This document shows, piece after piece, positions 9,377 through 17,722 of a DNA stretch of 32,374 nucleotides. The notes beneath the pieces are model-generated. The model was given only the letters and a program-made list of their open reading frames with translations, was not told the origin of the DNA and searched no databases. Origin of the DNA: Candidatus Limnocylindrales bacterium (lineage in GTDB: Bacteria; Moduliflexota; Moduliflexia; Moduliflexales; JAUQPW01); the NCBI GenBank assembly GCA_035559535.1, contig DATMBG010000017.1:124001-156374 (forward strand), in the 5' to 3' direction. Both the position numbers and the translations under genes were made by a program. Positions within the stretch are counted from its first letter, which is position 1. Each line of letters starts with the position of its first letter.

Positions 9377-10087
9377 TCAAGCCCCCAGATAAGCCTTTCT
9401 TACCTGGGGATTCTGCAGAAGTTCCTTACCAGTACCTGTCAGAGCAATTTTACCCCGCTCCAACACATAGGCTCGATGGGCAATTTTAAGGGCGATGGCA
9501 GCCATCTGTTCGACCAAGAGGATGGTTACACCTTCCTGGTTAAGGGCTTTGATGGTTTTGACGATCTCCAGGACCATGACAGGAGACAGGCCCATGGAAG
9601 GTTCATCCATGAGGAGGAAGGTAGGTTCCGACATGAGGGCCCGGGAGATGGCCAGCATCTGTTGTTGCCCTCCGCTCAGGGTTCCGGCCATCTGATTTTT
9701 CCGTTCTTTTAAAATCGGAAAGCGCGCGTACTCCCGCTCGATAAGTTTCGTAATCCGGTCTCGGCCCTCTTTAAAACGGGTATAAGCTCCCAAAAGAAGA
9801 TTATCGTAAACCGTTTGATCGGCAAAAATCTGACGACCCTGGAGTACCGGAGACATCCCCAGACGAAGGATTTCATGGGGCTTACAGGTCGAAATATCTA
9901 CATCCTTGAAATAGACGGTTCCCTGAACTTTAGGGATCAAACCAAAAATAGCATTTAAGGTCGTTGTCTTACCGGCCCCGTTACTTCCAATAATAGCCAC
10001 GATCTCTCCTTTTTCAACCTGGAGATCAATCCCACGTAAAGCTTCCACATGACCGTAGTTTACGACTAAATTTTTAACTTGTAGCAC
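9377..10087 (-). CDS. livF: Branched-chain amino acid ABC transporter ATP-binding protein (LivF-like)
   Basis: GSNGAGKTT, LSGGQQQML, DEPSMGL, C-terminal AYLG. Probable GTG start at 10087; the ORF-track extension to 10222 is translated octamer repeat. Confidence 0.9.
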   Translation of the reverse strand: MLQVKNLVVNYGHVEALRGIDLQVEKGEIVAIIGSNGAGKTTTLNAIFGLIPKVQGTVYFKDVDISTCKPHEILRLGMSPVLQGRQIFADQTVYDNLLLGAYTRFKEGRDRITKLIEREYARFPILKERKNQMAGTLSGGQQQMLAISRALMSEPTFLLMDEPSMGLSPVMVLEIVKTIKALNQEGVTILLVEQMAAIALKIAHRAYVLERGKIALTGTGKELLQNPQVRKAYLGA

Positions 10088-10093
10088 GCTTCT

Positions 10094-10250
10094 TAAAGAA
10101 GTATAGGGTATGGAAGTATAGAGGTATGGGAGTATGGAAGTGTGGGGGTGTGGGGGTGTGGGGGTGTAGGTAGCTCCTTTACACTTCCATACTTTCATAC
10201 CTCTATACTTCCATACTTCCACACCTTCTCACTCCCCTACCCTATACTTT
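10094..10250. repeat. Inverted octamer tandem-repeat element (same family as 4660-4839)
   Basis: TAAAGAAGTATAGGGGTATGGAAGTAT... arm followed by a complementary ACACTTCCATACTTTCATACC... arm. Confidence 0.88.
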
Positions 10251-10259
10251 ATTAATTAC

Positions 10260-12086
10260 TTATCCTACTTCCTTCAACGCTTCCGGATCTCCCAGATAGG
10301 CCTCGATCACCTTTTTATCTTGTTGCACATGGATTGGCTTTCCTTCTGCAATCTTACTTCCAAAATCCAGAACCGTAATCCAATCAGAGATCTGCATCAC
10401 CAATTCCATATGATGCTCGATGACCAGGACGGTAATTCCCATATTTCGAATATCTTGAATAACCTTGGAAAGAAGGTGAACTTCTGCTGGATTGACCCCG
10501 GCGGCAGGTTCATCCAGTAGAAGCAAAGAAGGTTCTACCGCAAGAGCCCGGGCGATTTCTACCAGCCGTTGATGACCATAAGATAAATTCTGGGCTTCTT
10601 CATACGCTTTGTCTTGAATTCCCAGGAATCTGAGCAAATCTAAAGCCCGTTGTCGATAAATTTCTTCTTCTTGAACGGCTTTACGGGTTCTGAACAAATG
10701 GTGCCAGAAACCGGCTTTGAGGTGGAGGTGGAATCCGACCATCACGTTATCAAGGACCGTTAACCCCTGGAACAGGTTGACCGTCTGAAAGGTTCGGGTA
10801 ACTCCTAACCTGGCCATTTCATGGGGACGAATCTTAGAAAGTTTTTTGCCCCGGTAGAAAATATCTCCCCCAGAGGGTTTATAAACCCCGGTCAAAACAT
10901 TGACAAAGGTACTTTTTCCGGAGCCATTAGGGCCGATCAACGCGTGAATCTTTCCAGGCTCAATTTGCACACTCAACCGATCAATAGCCCGTAAGCCGCC
11001 AAAATCCTTTACCAGAGCCCGGGTTTCAATAATAGGTTGCCCGTTTGTTTCTTCATGGCGGATGAATCGCAATTTTTGAATATCTATCGGCTTTTCTTCT
11101 AGGGGTTTTATTTTGCGTTTTTTGAAATAAGGAAGGTTACCCAGAGAGCCCACAATCCCCCGGGGAAGAAGGATTACGGTCCCTAAAATAATAAGCCCAT
11201 AAATCATCAAATGGTAATCATGTAATGAGGCAAATATCTGGGGGATCGAGTTTAATAGGACCGTTCCCACAAGAGGGCCATATAGCGTTCGACTCCCTCC
11301 CATGAGGATGGAGGCCAGGAAGAGGATAGATTGACTGAACACGAAGGTATCGCTGTTGATATAACCGGGTGGAACCTGGTGGGCGAAGAAAACCCCGGCC
11401 ATACCGCCATAAATAGAGCAAATGACAAAGGCAAGTACTTTGTACCTGTATACATTAACCCCGACCGTCTCTGCCGCCACCTCACTTTGCTGTAAAGCAA
11501 GGAAGGTTCGACCATACCTGGCGGTTAAAAGATGATTGGCAGCCAGTTGGGCGAAAAGGGTAAAGAAAGCGACCAGGTAGAAATATTGCCGGGGGGTCAT
11601 GAAATCTCCGAAGGGAATCTTAGGTGGATTAATTCCAAAGATTCCCATAGGGCCATTGGTTAAGTCCATCCAGCGGTTAGCTGTTACTTCTATAACAAAT
11701 CCAAAGGCCAGGGTTACAACGGCCAGATAATGGCCCTTGGCCCGTAAGCAGGGGAGGGCTACGATGGCTCCGAGGATCCCGGCCAGAATCATCGCAAGGG
11801 GTAAGGTAATCCAGAAGGAGATTCCCATACGGGTTGTTAAAATAGCCGTTGTGTAAGCTCCTACAGCATAAAATCCCATGTGTCCCAGGGAAATCTGTCC
11901 GGTCCATCCGACGAGGATATCCAAACCTAGAGCCGCAATGGATAAATAGGCTAGGCTCTGCATCATAAGGAGGTAAAAAGGATCCTGAAAAACCATCGGA
12001 AGCAGGATAATTCCTAAAATAACCAAACCTATTTTTATCCAGGATGTCAGGGTATAATCCGCAAAAATAGGAAGAGACTTCATCAT
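10260..12086 (-). CDS. Fused branched-chain amino acid ABC permease-ATPase (LivM-LivG fusion)
   Basis: N-terminal LivM membrane domain (GQISLGH, G.YLAVVTLAF). C-terminal ATPase with GPNGSGKST, RTFQ, LSYGHQR, LLLDEPAAG, IEH and AYLG. Confidence 0.92.
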   Translation of the reverse strand: MMKSLPIFADYTLTSWIKIGLVILGIILLPMVFQDPFYLLMMQSLAYLSIAALGLDILVGWTGQISLGHMGFYAVGAYTTAILTTRMGISFWITLPLAMILAGILGAIVALPCLRAKGHYLAVVTLAFGFVIEVTANRWMDLTNGPMGIFGINPPKIPFGDFMTPRQYFYLVAFFTLFAQLAANHLLTARYGRTFLALQQSEVAAETVGVNVYRYKVLAFVICSIYGGMAGVFFAHQVPPGYINSDTFVFSQSILFLASILMGGSRTLYGPLVGTVLLNSIPQIFASLHDYHLMIYGLIILGTVILLPRGIVGSLGNLPYFKKRKIKPLEEKPIDIQKLRFIRHEETNGQPIIETRALVKDFGGLRAIDRLSVQIEPGKIHALIGPNGSGKSTFVNVLTGVYKPSGGDIFYRGKKLSKIRPHEMARLGVTRTFQTVNLFQGLTVLDNVMVGFHLHLKAGFWHHLFRTRKAVQEEEIYRQRALDLLRFLGIQDKAYEEAQNLSYGHQRLVEIARALAVEPSLLLLDEPAAGVNPAEVHLLSKVIQDIRNMGITVLVIEHHMELVMQISDWITVLDFGSKIAEGKPIHVQQDKKVIEAYLGDPEALKEVG

Positions 12087-12952
12087 TGTTTTCCAAGCAA
12101 TCCGGTTGGTTTCACGGCCAGGATTAAAATAATCAGCGCAAACGTGATTCCATCCTTAAGATTGGAGTTAATTCCTGCAGCGACTTGTTCGATAACCCCC
12201 ATGATCAGACCCCCTACTAAAATACCCAGGGGGTTTTCCAGTCCTCCCAGAATAGCGGCTGCAAATGCTTTAACGCCTACAACGGTTCCCATATAGGCGT
12301 AGGCAAAGGTGATGGGAGCAATGAGCACCCCGCCAAGCGCCGCGAGGACGGAGGACAAAACATAAGCAAGAATAACCATTCGCTGAACATTGATTCCCAT
12401 AGCCGCTGCAGCATTGCTGTTATGGGCAACGGCCAGAAGGGCTTTTCCCAAAATAGACCGCCTCAGAAAAACCATCAATAGAATCATGACCGATATGGAA
12501 ACGACCAGGATAAGAATTTCTTGGGGCAGAATCCCGGCTCCGGCAATGTGAATAGCTTTATCTCCCAAGGGGGACGGAAAAGGATGTTGCTCCGGTCGCC
12601 AGATCAATTGAGCAGCATTTCGAAGGATAACTGCCACCGAAAGGGTACTAAGCACCCAGCTTAAAGAGGTTAAATGTCGGACGGGCCTTACAGCAATCCG
12701 CTCCAAGGCAGCCCCCATCATGGCCAGCAATCCGGTAGCCAGAATCGCAGCCATAATAAAAGCCGTTATGGAAGGTCCGCCCAGAGCCAGATAGCAGGTA
12801 AGACCAAAAAGAGCCCCAATCATCAAAAAATCTCCTTGACCGAAATTGAGGGTATTGGTTGTAATGGAGGTAATATAATATCCTTGAGCAATAAGGGCAT
12901 AAATGCTCCCGACCGCCATACCACTGATAAGGGCCTGCCAGAGTTTGGTCAT
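12083..12952 (-). CDS. livH: Branched-chain amino acid ABC permease (LivH-like)
   Basis: GSIYALIA.G, LNFGQG, AMGIN, KAFAAAILGG, KPTGLLG. ATG 12952 preferred because the TTG at 12970 lies inside a repeat. Confidence 0.9.
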   Translation of the reverse strand: MTKLWQALISGMAVGSIYALIAQGYYITSITTNTLNFGQGDFLMIGALFGLTCYLALGGPSITAFIMAAILATGLLAMMGAALERIAVRPVRHLTSLSWVLSTLSVAVILRNAAQLIWRPEQHPFPSPLGDKAIHIAGAGILPQEILILVVSISVMILLMVFLRRSILGKALLAVAHNSNAAAAMGINVQRMVILAYVLSSVLAALGGVLIAPITFAYAYMGTVVGVKAFAAAILGGLENPLGILVGGLIMGVIEQVAAGINSNLKDGITFALIILILAVKPTGLLGKQ

Positions 12953-12961
12953 TTTAAAATT

Positions 12962-13041
12962 AAAAGGCAAAAGGTAAAAATTCTCACCCTGCCCCCAGGG
13001 TTGGGGTGCAGGTACCTCTTTACCTTTTGCCTTTACCTTTT
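12962..13041. repeat. Inverted heptamer repeat (AAAGG[C/T]A / T[A/G]CCTTT) enclosing a GC hairpin
   Basis: AAAAGGCAAAAGGTAAA at about 12962-12978 versus TTTACCTTTTGCCTTTACCTTTT at about 13019-13041. Inner CACCC...GGGTG. Confidence 0.75.
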
Positions 13042-14200
13042 ACATTTCCAATCGAACGAGCTCTCCATTTTTATAAGTAACCAGGAAACCTTTTCCAGGT
13101 CCCAGAGCTTCATGATCGTCCTTGCTATAAGGTTTAGGAGAAATAGCCGTCACAGCATCGGTGAAATCGTCTGTTTCTTCTATGGCGTCCCGGATCTTCT
13201 TGGGATCAGGTCCTACTTTACTTAAGGCCTTTAACATAAGACGGGTTGCGTCGTAAGTCTGGGCGGTTACAATGGGATAAAAATCATCCCCATACTCTGC
13301 TACCACTTTTTTATGAAATTCCTTGGCCTTTTCACTGTGATCAATGGTATACGAGCTTACCGATACAACCCCCTCAACGAGTTCTTTACCTCCTAGCTTC
13401 ACAAAACTGGGAGCGAGAAGCGCCCAGGTATCTACAAAGGGAATTCTATACCCAATCTTGTCCATACTTTTTAAAATTTGAACAGCTTCGGGAGCCAAAG
13501 CAAAGGCCATCAGGCAATCTACCTGGGCTTCTTTTAACCGGGTAAGCTGGGCGGTCATATCCGTATCTCCCACAGCAAACCTCTGAACTTCCGCAGCCAG
13601 TGTGATACCATTTTCTTTTAATTGTTTCAAAGCTTCTTGTCGACCACTTTCCCCCCAGCCGGTTGTATCGTTCATAAGACCGACCCTTTGACAGCCTTTC
13701 TTTTTAACATATTCTATCATGAGGGCAATCTGAGCACTGTCTACCAGGGACAGGTGAAAGATATAGTTTTTAGGGGCGTTCTTGTAGCGTTGCGTTAAGG
13801 GAACTGCCGTGGCAATGGAGATAATATGAGGTATCTCATACCTTTGGGTTATATCAATGGTAGCCAAAGCAACACCACTATTCACCGGACCGATGACTCC
13901 GATAACCTTATCCAGGGTAATCAATCGGGTGGTATTCTGAACTCCTTTAGCCGGTTGTGTTTCATCGTCATAGACAACTCCAATAACAGGATGCCCCTGA
14001 TAACCTCCTTGCTCGTTGTATTCTTTGATGGCCAGATTAAAACCCCTCACAGCCGCCTGACCAAAGTCAAAAGTACCTCCGGTCAGAGATCCGGAAAAAC
14101 CTATTTTAATATGATCGGCCAGGGTTTGCGAAGGGTTTATTCCCATGAGGATGAGAAAAAAGATGAGGAAGAGCATAAAAAGCCTACCCGTACGTTTCAC
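13040..14200 (-). CDS. livK: ABC transporter substrate-binding protein, Leu/Ile/Val-binding family
   Basis: Signal peptide, IKIG...LTG, YDDE, GPVNSG, YDA motifs. GTG start with GGAGG RBS. Heads the liv operon. Confidence 0.88.
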   Translation of the reverse strand: MKRTGRLFMLFLIFFLILMGINPSQTLADHIKIGFSGSLTGGTFDFGQAAVRGFNLAIKEYNEQGGYQGHPVIGVVYDDETQPAKGVQNTTRLITLDKVIGVIGPVNSGVALATIDITQRYEIPHIISIATAVPLTQRYKNAPKNYIFHLSLVDSAQIALMIEYVKKKGCQRVGLMNDTTGWGESGRQEALKQLKENGITLAAEVQRFAVGDTDMTAQLTRLKEAQVDCLMAFALAPEAVQILKSMDKIGYRIPFVDTWALLAPSFVKLGGKELVEGVVSVSSYTIDHSEKAKEFHKKVVAEYGDDFYPIVTAQTYDATRLMLKALSKVGPDPKKIRDAIEETDDFTDAVTAISPKPYSKDDHEALGPGKGFLVTYKNGELVRLEM

Positions 14201-14224
14201 GTTTCTACCTCCTGATCACAATAG

Positions 14225-14448
14225 TACCTTGTAAAGTTAGTTTGAATATACCTTAAAAACCTCGTTAGGGGGGATTTGTTTATAGCATCTCCAGCCTTAT
14301 GAGAGGAAGCTCCGTTAGGAGCGACCGGTTCGGAACAGATCCAGCCCAGATCGCTGCTGGGAGAGTCAAATGAGATGTTGGGCCTACTCCAAACAATCAG
14401 CTCCTGACAGAGCTTTTAAGGATTTATCAAAATTAACTTTACAAGGTA
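14225..14448. mobile_element. MITE-like element, TIR family 1 (TACCTTGTAAAGTTA), with a REP-like inverted pair inside
   Basis: Perfect 15-bp TIR at 14225-14239 and 14434-14448. Internal AGCTCCGTTAGGAGC (14308-14322) and GCTCCTGACAGAGCT (14400-14414) are 13/15 complementary. Mobility is inferred. Confidence 0.7.
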
Positions 14449-14452
14449 GTAG

Positions 14453-14609
14453 TACACTGTTTACTTAATTTTGGCCTCATAGGGTGCTTTCACTCCCTAA
14501 CTCCCCTCTCCCCCACCCCTTCCCTCCCCGTGGACGGGGAGGGAGAAGAGGGAGGGGGCTGGGGGTGGGGGCTACTTAAAAGTTAAGCCAAAACTAAGCA
14601 AACAGTCTA
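14453..14609. mobile_element. MITE-like element, TIR family 2 (TACACTGTTTACTTA.TTTTGGC), with GC-rich hairpin cargo
   Basis: 23-bp TIR at 14453-14475 and 14587-14609 (20/23 match). Interior and right end recur at 30153-30255. Confidence 0.72.
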
Positions 14610-14613
14610 GAAG

Positions 14614-14780
14614 TACCTTATAAAGTTAAATGTGAATAGCTATTCTATCCTACCCTCCAACCCCTCGCGCCCGAAGCTTAGGGAGAGTTCACCGGGAGCC
14701 GGCCTGGAGATCTTCTCGCCCCTCCCCCTTGTGGGAGAAGGGTCGGGGGGGAGGTTACACAGAATTAACTTTACAAGGTA
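14614..14780. mobile_element. Second MITE-like element of TIR family 1 with a different (CCCCTC...GGGAG) cargo
   Basis: TACCTTATAAAGTTA (14614-14628) and TAACTTTACAAGGTA (14766-14780) match 14/15. Interior does not resemble that of 14225-14448. Confidence 0.7.
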
Positions 14781-14893
14781 GTAAAGGCGAAGTATCCATG
14801 ATTACCCCTGAACACTTCGTCCCTATACACGGTTCTTATTGATTTTAGTTCATTTTAAAGTTTATAAAATGTCAACAGAAAAATGGAAGTCCC

Positions 14894-16114
14894 TTACTTC
14901 CGTCCAACAACTTTAAGGAACCGACGCTTACCAACCTTTAAAATAAAATCTCTGTTGAGGGGTAATTCCAGATTTTCATCCTGAACTCGTTCACCATTCA
15001 AACTTACGGCACCTTGGGCAATAAGTCGTCGGGCATCGGTATTGCTGGTTGCCATTCCCGATGAAACCAAAAGCTTGACAATCCAGATCTTATCCCCTTG
15101 AACCTCCGGGGTATACTCCTGGATTTCAGAGGGAACTTCTTTTTCCACAAAGATTCGATCGAATTCGGCTTCTGCTTTCTTAGCGTCTTCGGCAGAGTGG
15201 TAAATCGTAACAATCTCACGGGCCAGTCTCCGCTTTAAATCCCGGGGATTTACTTGAGGATTTTGGAGATCTGCTTTGATCCGGGCCAATTCTTCTTCAG
15301 AAGTATCGGTTAGAAGCTCGAAGTAATCATAGATCAATTTATCCGGTATCGAGAGGATTTTCCCATACATTTCTTGAGGTGGATCGGTAATTCCTACATA
15401 ATTGTTCAAGGATTTACTCATTTTCTCTACCCCATCCAGACCTGTAAGGATGGGGGTTGTTACAATCACTTGAGGCTCTTGTCCATATTCTCGCTGAATA
15501 TCTCGACCTACCAGCAAATTAAAAGTTTGATCTGTCCCACCCAATTCAACGTCCGCTTGTAAGGCAACCGAATCCATGGCCTGGGCCAGGGGATAGAGGA
15601 GTTCATGGATACTGATAGGTTCTCCTCGGATAAACCGGTTATGAAAATCATCCCGTTCTAACATTCGAGCCACCGTATATTTGCTGGCCAGTCTGATTAC
15701 ATCTTCAAAGGTCATCTTACCCAGCCATTGGGAGTTGTAAACAATACGGGCCCTGGTAGGATCTAAAACCTTAGAAGCCTGTTCAAAGTAGCTTTGCCCA
15801 TTAAGCCGGGTTTCCTCCAAAGTCAGGGCAGGACGGGTTTTACTTCGCCCCGAAGGATCTCCAATCATTCCAGTAAAGTCTCCAATAACCAGGATGGCTT
15901 CATGGCCCAGATCCTGAAACTGACGGAGCTTCCTTAACACAACCGTATGTCCGAGATGCAGATCAGGCCGACTGGGATCACATCCTAGCTTTACCTTTAA
16001 GGGTTTATTTTCCTTGAGGGATCGTTCGATCTTTTTAGCTAAATCCTCTTCCGGCAAAACCATAACCGTTCCACGTTTAATCTTCTTAAGTTGCTCTGAT
16101 ACCGTTAGTTTCAT
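14894..16114 (-). CDS. tyrS: Tyrosine--tRNA ligase
   Basis: G.DP...LHLGH (HIGH motif), KMSKS, GGTDQ.FN, C-terminal S4 domain ending KVGKRRF. Confidence 0.97.
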   Translation of the reverse strand: MKLTVSEQLKKIKRGTVMVLPEEDLAKKIERSLKENKPLKVKLGCDPSRPDLHLGHTVVLRKLRQFQDLGHEAILVIGDFTGMIGDPSGRSKTRPALTLEETRLNGQSYFEQASKVLDPTRARIVYNSQWLGKMTFEDVIRLASKYTVARMLERDDFHNRFIRGEPISIHELLYPLAQAMDSVALQADVELGGTDQTFNLLVGRDIQREYGQEPQVIVTTPILTGLDGVEKMSKSLNNYVGITDPPQEMYGKILSIPDKLIYDYFELLTDTSEEELARIKADLQNPQVNPRDLKRRLAREIVTIYHSAEDAKKAEAEFDRIFVEKEVPSEIQEYTPEVQGDKIWIVKLLVSSGMATSNTDARRLIAQGAVSLNGERVQDENLELPLNRDFILKVGKRRFLKVVGRK

Positions 16115-16231
16115 ATCCAGAATCTATCTGAAAAGTTCCTGAAAAGAGTCCCTGATTTTACCGATATTTTATGGACTAAGTTCTGCCACATACCAGGATC
16201 AGGACTTTTCTGATAGATATGCCGATTTATT

Positions 16232-16525
16232 TTATGGATCTACCTGTTCAAAGTGCTCAACTTGCGGTGGAGGGTTAAAATAGGGATTCATAAAAGCCCT
16301 CCATTCCTTATATCCTTCAGAACCCCGAAACCCTACGGTATGGGCCTCTAAGGTTTGCCATCGGACCAATAACTGATATTTTCCTTTAACCTCCAGGCAT
16401 CTTTGAAGTTCATGGGAAATATAGCCCGGAGTAGAGGCCAGGATCCTAACAGCTTTTTTAAAGGTGTCTTCAAAAGCCTGCATCTGATCTTCTTTAACGG
16501 AAATGGTTGCAATTTCTAATATCAT
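16232..16525 (-). CDS. Antibiotic biosynthesis monooxygenase (ABM)-family protein
   Basis: 97 aa with PGYISHEL and Y.LLV.W.TLEAH..GFR.S..Y.EW pattern. Strong RBS AGGAGG. Confidence 0.85.
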   Translation of the reverse strand: MILEIATISVKEDQMQAFEDTFKKAVRILASTPGYISHELQRCLEVKGKYQLLVRWQTLEAHTVGFRGSEGYKEWRAFMNPYFNPPPQVEHFEQVDP

Positions 16526-16553
16526 CTTCCCTCCTTTTTATTCCTTAAAGACC

Positions 16554-16976
16554 TTATCCTTGTTTTGTATAAGGTAAAAGGGCTTCGACTATTTCCTGAG
16601 GTATTTTAGTAGGTTTACCCTCCAGGTCGAGAAAAACTCCTGTATTATAGGCTTCAACCAGTACCTTAGAGGTCTTTCGGTTTATAATCTGTTGATGCCA
16701 GGTACCCCGTACCCTCCTGGCTTCTGAAACATAACTTCTGACTTCTAGTTCATCTCCAAGCAGTGCCGGGTGTTTAAACTTAATATTTAGTTCTTTAACG
16801 AGGATGATGATTCCGAGTTCTTTAAGCCTTGGGACTGTGTACCCTAAGGAGGACATAGCCTCATCGATGGCAGTTTCCAGATAATGGAAATATACAGCAT
16901 TATTTACATGGCCAAAAGAGTCCAGTTCATATTTACGGACTTTGAGAAAGAAAGAGAAAGTTTTGGGTTCTTTCAT
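16554..16976 (-). CDS. Acyl-CoA thioesterase (4HBT/YbgC/FadM hot-dog family)
   Basis: VR.YELDSFGHVNNAVY catalytic motif and KP.KIP C-terminus. Confidence 0.88.
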   Translation of the reverse strand: MKEPKTFSFFLKVRKYELDSFGHVNNAVYFHYLETAIDEAMSSLGYTVPRLKELGIIILVKELNIKFKHPALLGDELEVRSYVSEARRVRGTWHQQIINRKTSKVLVEAYNTGVFLDLEGKPTKIPQEIVEALLPYTKQG

Positions 16977-17166
16977 AATCGAGATCTCAAGGGCCCTCGA
17001 GAACGGATTGGGACGTCAATATCTGAACCTGGTTCTGCATTCCCTTGAGCTTGTATGTGATGAAGTACTTCTGGACTAATCACTCACCCTACAAATACTC
17101 AAAACGGTGATATCACACGCATTAAAAGTTATAGATAAGAATCTCGATGATTTTCATAAAAGGGGT

Positions 17167-17197
17167 AAGGAAGGCGACCAATCGGTCGTCCTTCCTT
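17167..17197 (-). terminator. Hairpin downstream of the PPOX gene; possible terminator or REP remnant
   Basis: AAGGAAGGCGACC-AATC-GGTCGTCCTTCCTT stem with one bulge, about 30 nt after the stop at 17229. The U-tract is weak. Confidence 0.45.
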
Positions 17198-17228
17198 TGT
17201 TACAATGTAGGATGTTCTTGAATTTAAT

Positions 17229-17630
17229 CTAACCTCCCGAGATTCCCACCTTTTCCGGTGCGATCTTTATAATAACCCGTTGTTCTCCAGGCTGGCGGTA
17301 AGGATATTTATCTACTCCTAAATACTTCTTTGCCAGCTTATCGATATGGGCATCGGCACCGTCCTGGGTCATTTCAACTACACGTCCGCGAATCATCACC
17401 TCCTGATAAGGATTTTGAGAATTGGTAATAGATAAAGCAACCCGTGGGTCCCGACGGAGGTTTCTTTCTTTAAGACGTCCTCTGGCGGTATTGAAAAGAA
17501 TATAACGCCCATCGGTATCTATCCAGACCACGCTTACCTGGGGGGAACCATCCGGCATAAGGGTAGCCACGCTGGCAAAGTTTTTTCCTTCGGTCATGAG
17601 CTTACGGGCTAATTCAGGTAATTCTACCAT
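17229..17630 (-). CDS. PPOX-class (pyridoxamine 5'-phosphate oxidase-like) putative F420-dependent oxidoreductase
   Basis: ATLMPDGSPQVSVVW, K.RNLRRDPRVAL, HIDKLAKKYLG...YP. RBS AGGAGG. Confidence 0.88.
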   Translation of the reverse strand: MVELPELARKLMTEGKNFASVATLMPDGSPQVSVVWIDTDGRYILFNTARGRLKERNLRRDPRVALSITNSQNPYQEVMIRGRVVEMTQDGADAHIDKLAKKYLGVDKYPYRQPGEQRVIIKIAPEKVGISGG

Positions 17631-17722
17631 TATTTCCTCCTTTTGGGTATTGCCACAAAAATCTAGAGTATCTGGAAAAAATCTCTTTTTAAACTCTGGA
17701 TTTTCGGGCCCCTGTAACTAAT

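Noticed and set aside
10260-12086. LivM-LivG fusion as a novelty
   Set aside because: Real, but such permease-ATPase fusions are common in Liv-type transporters.
16115-16231. T-box riboswitch upstream of tyrS
   Set aside because: The gap is only 117 nt and has no T-box consensus (AGGGTGGNACCGCG); only a weak inverted repeat is present.
16978-17160. Possible 6S RNA or other ncRNA between the thioesterase and PPOX genes (TGAACCT/AGGTTCA motif, several short IRs)
   Set aside because: I could not build the long rod with a central bulge, and the other conserved 6S elements are missing. An Rfam/Infernal scan would settle it.
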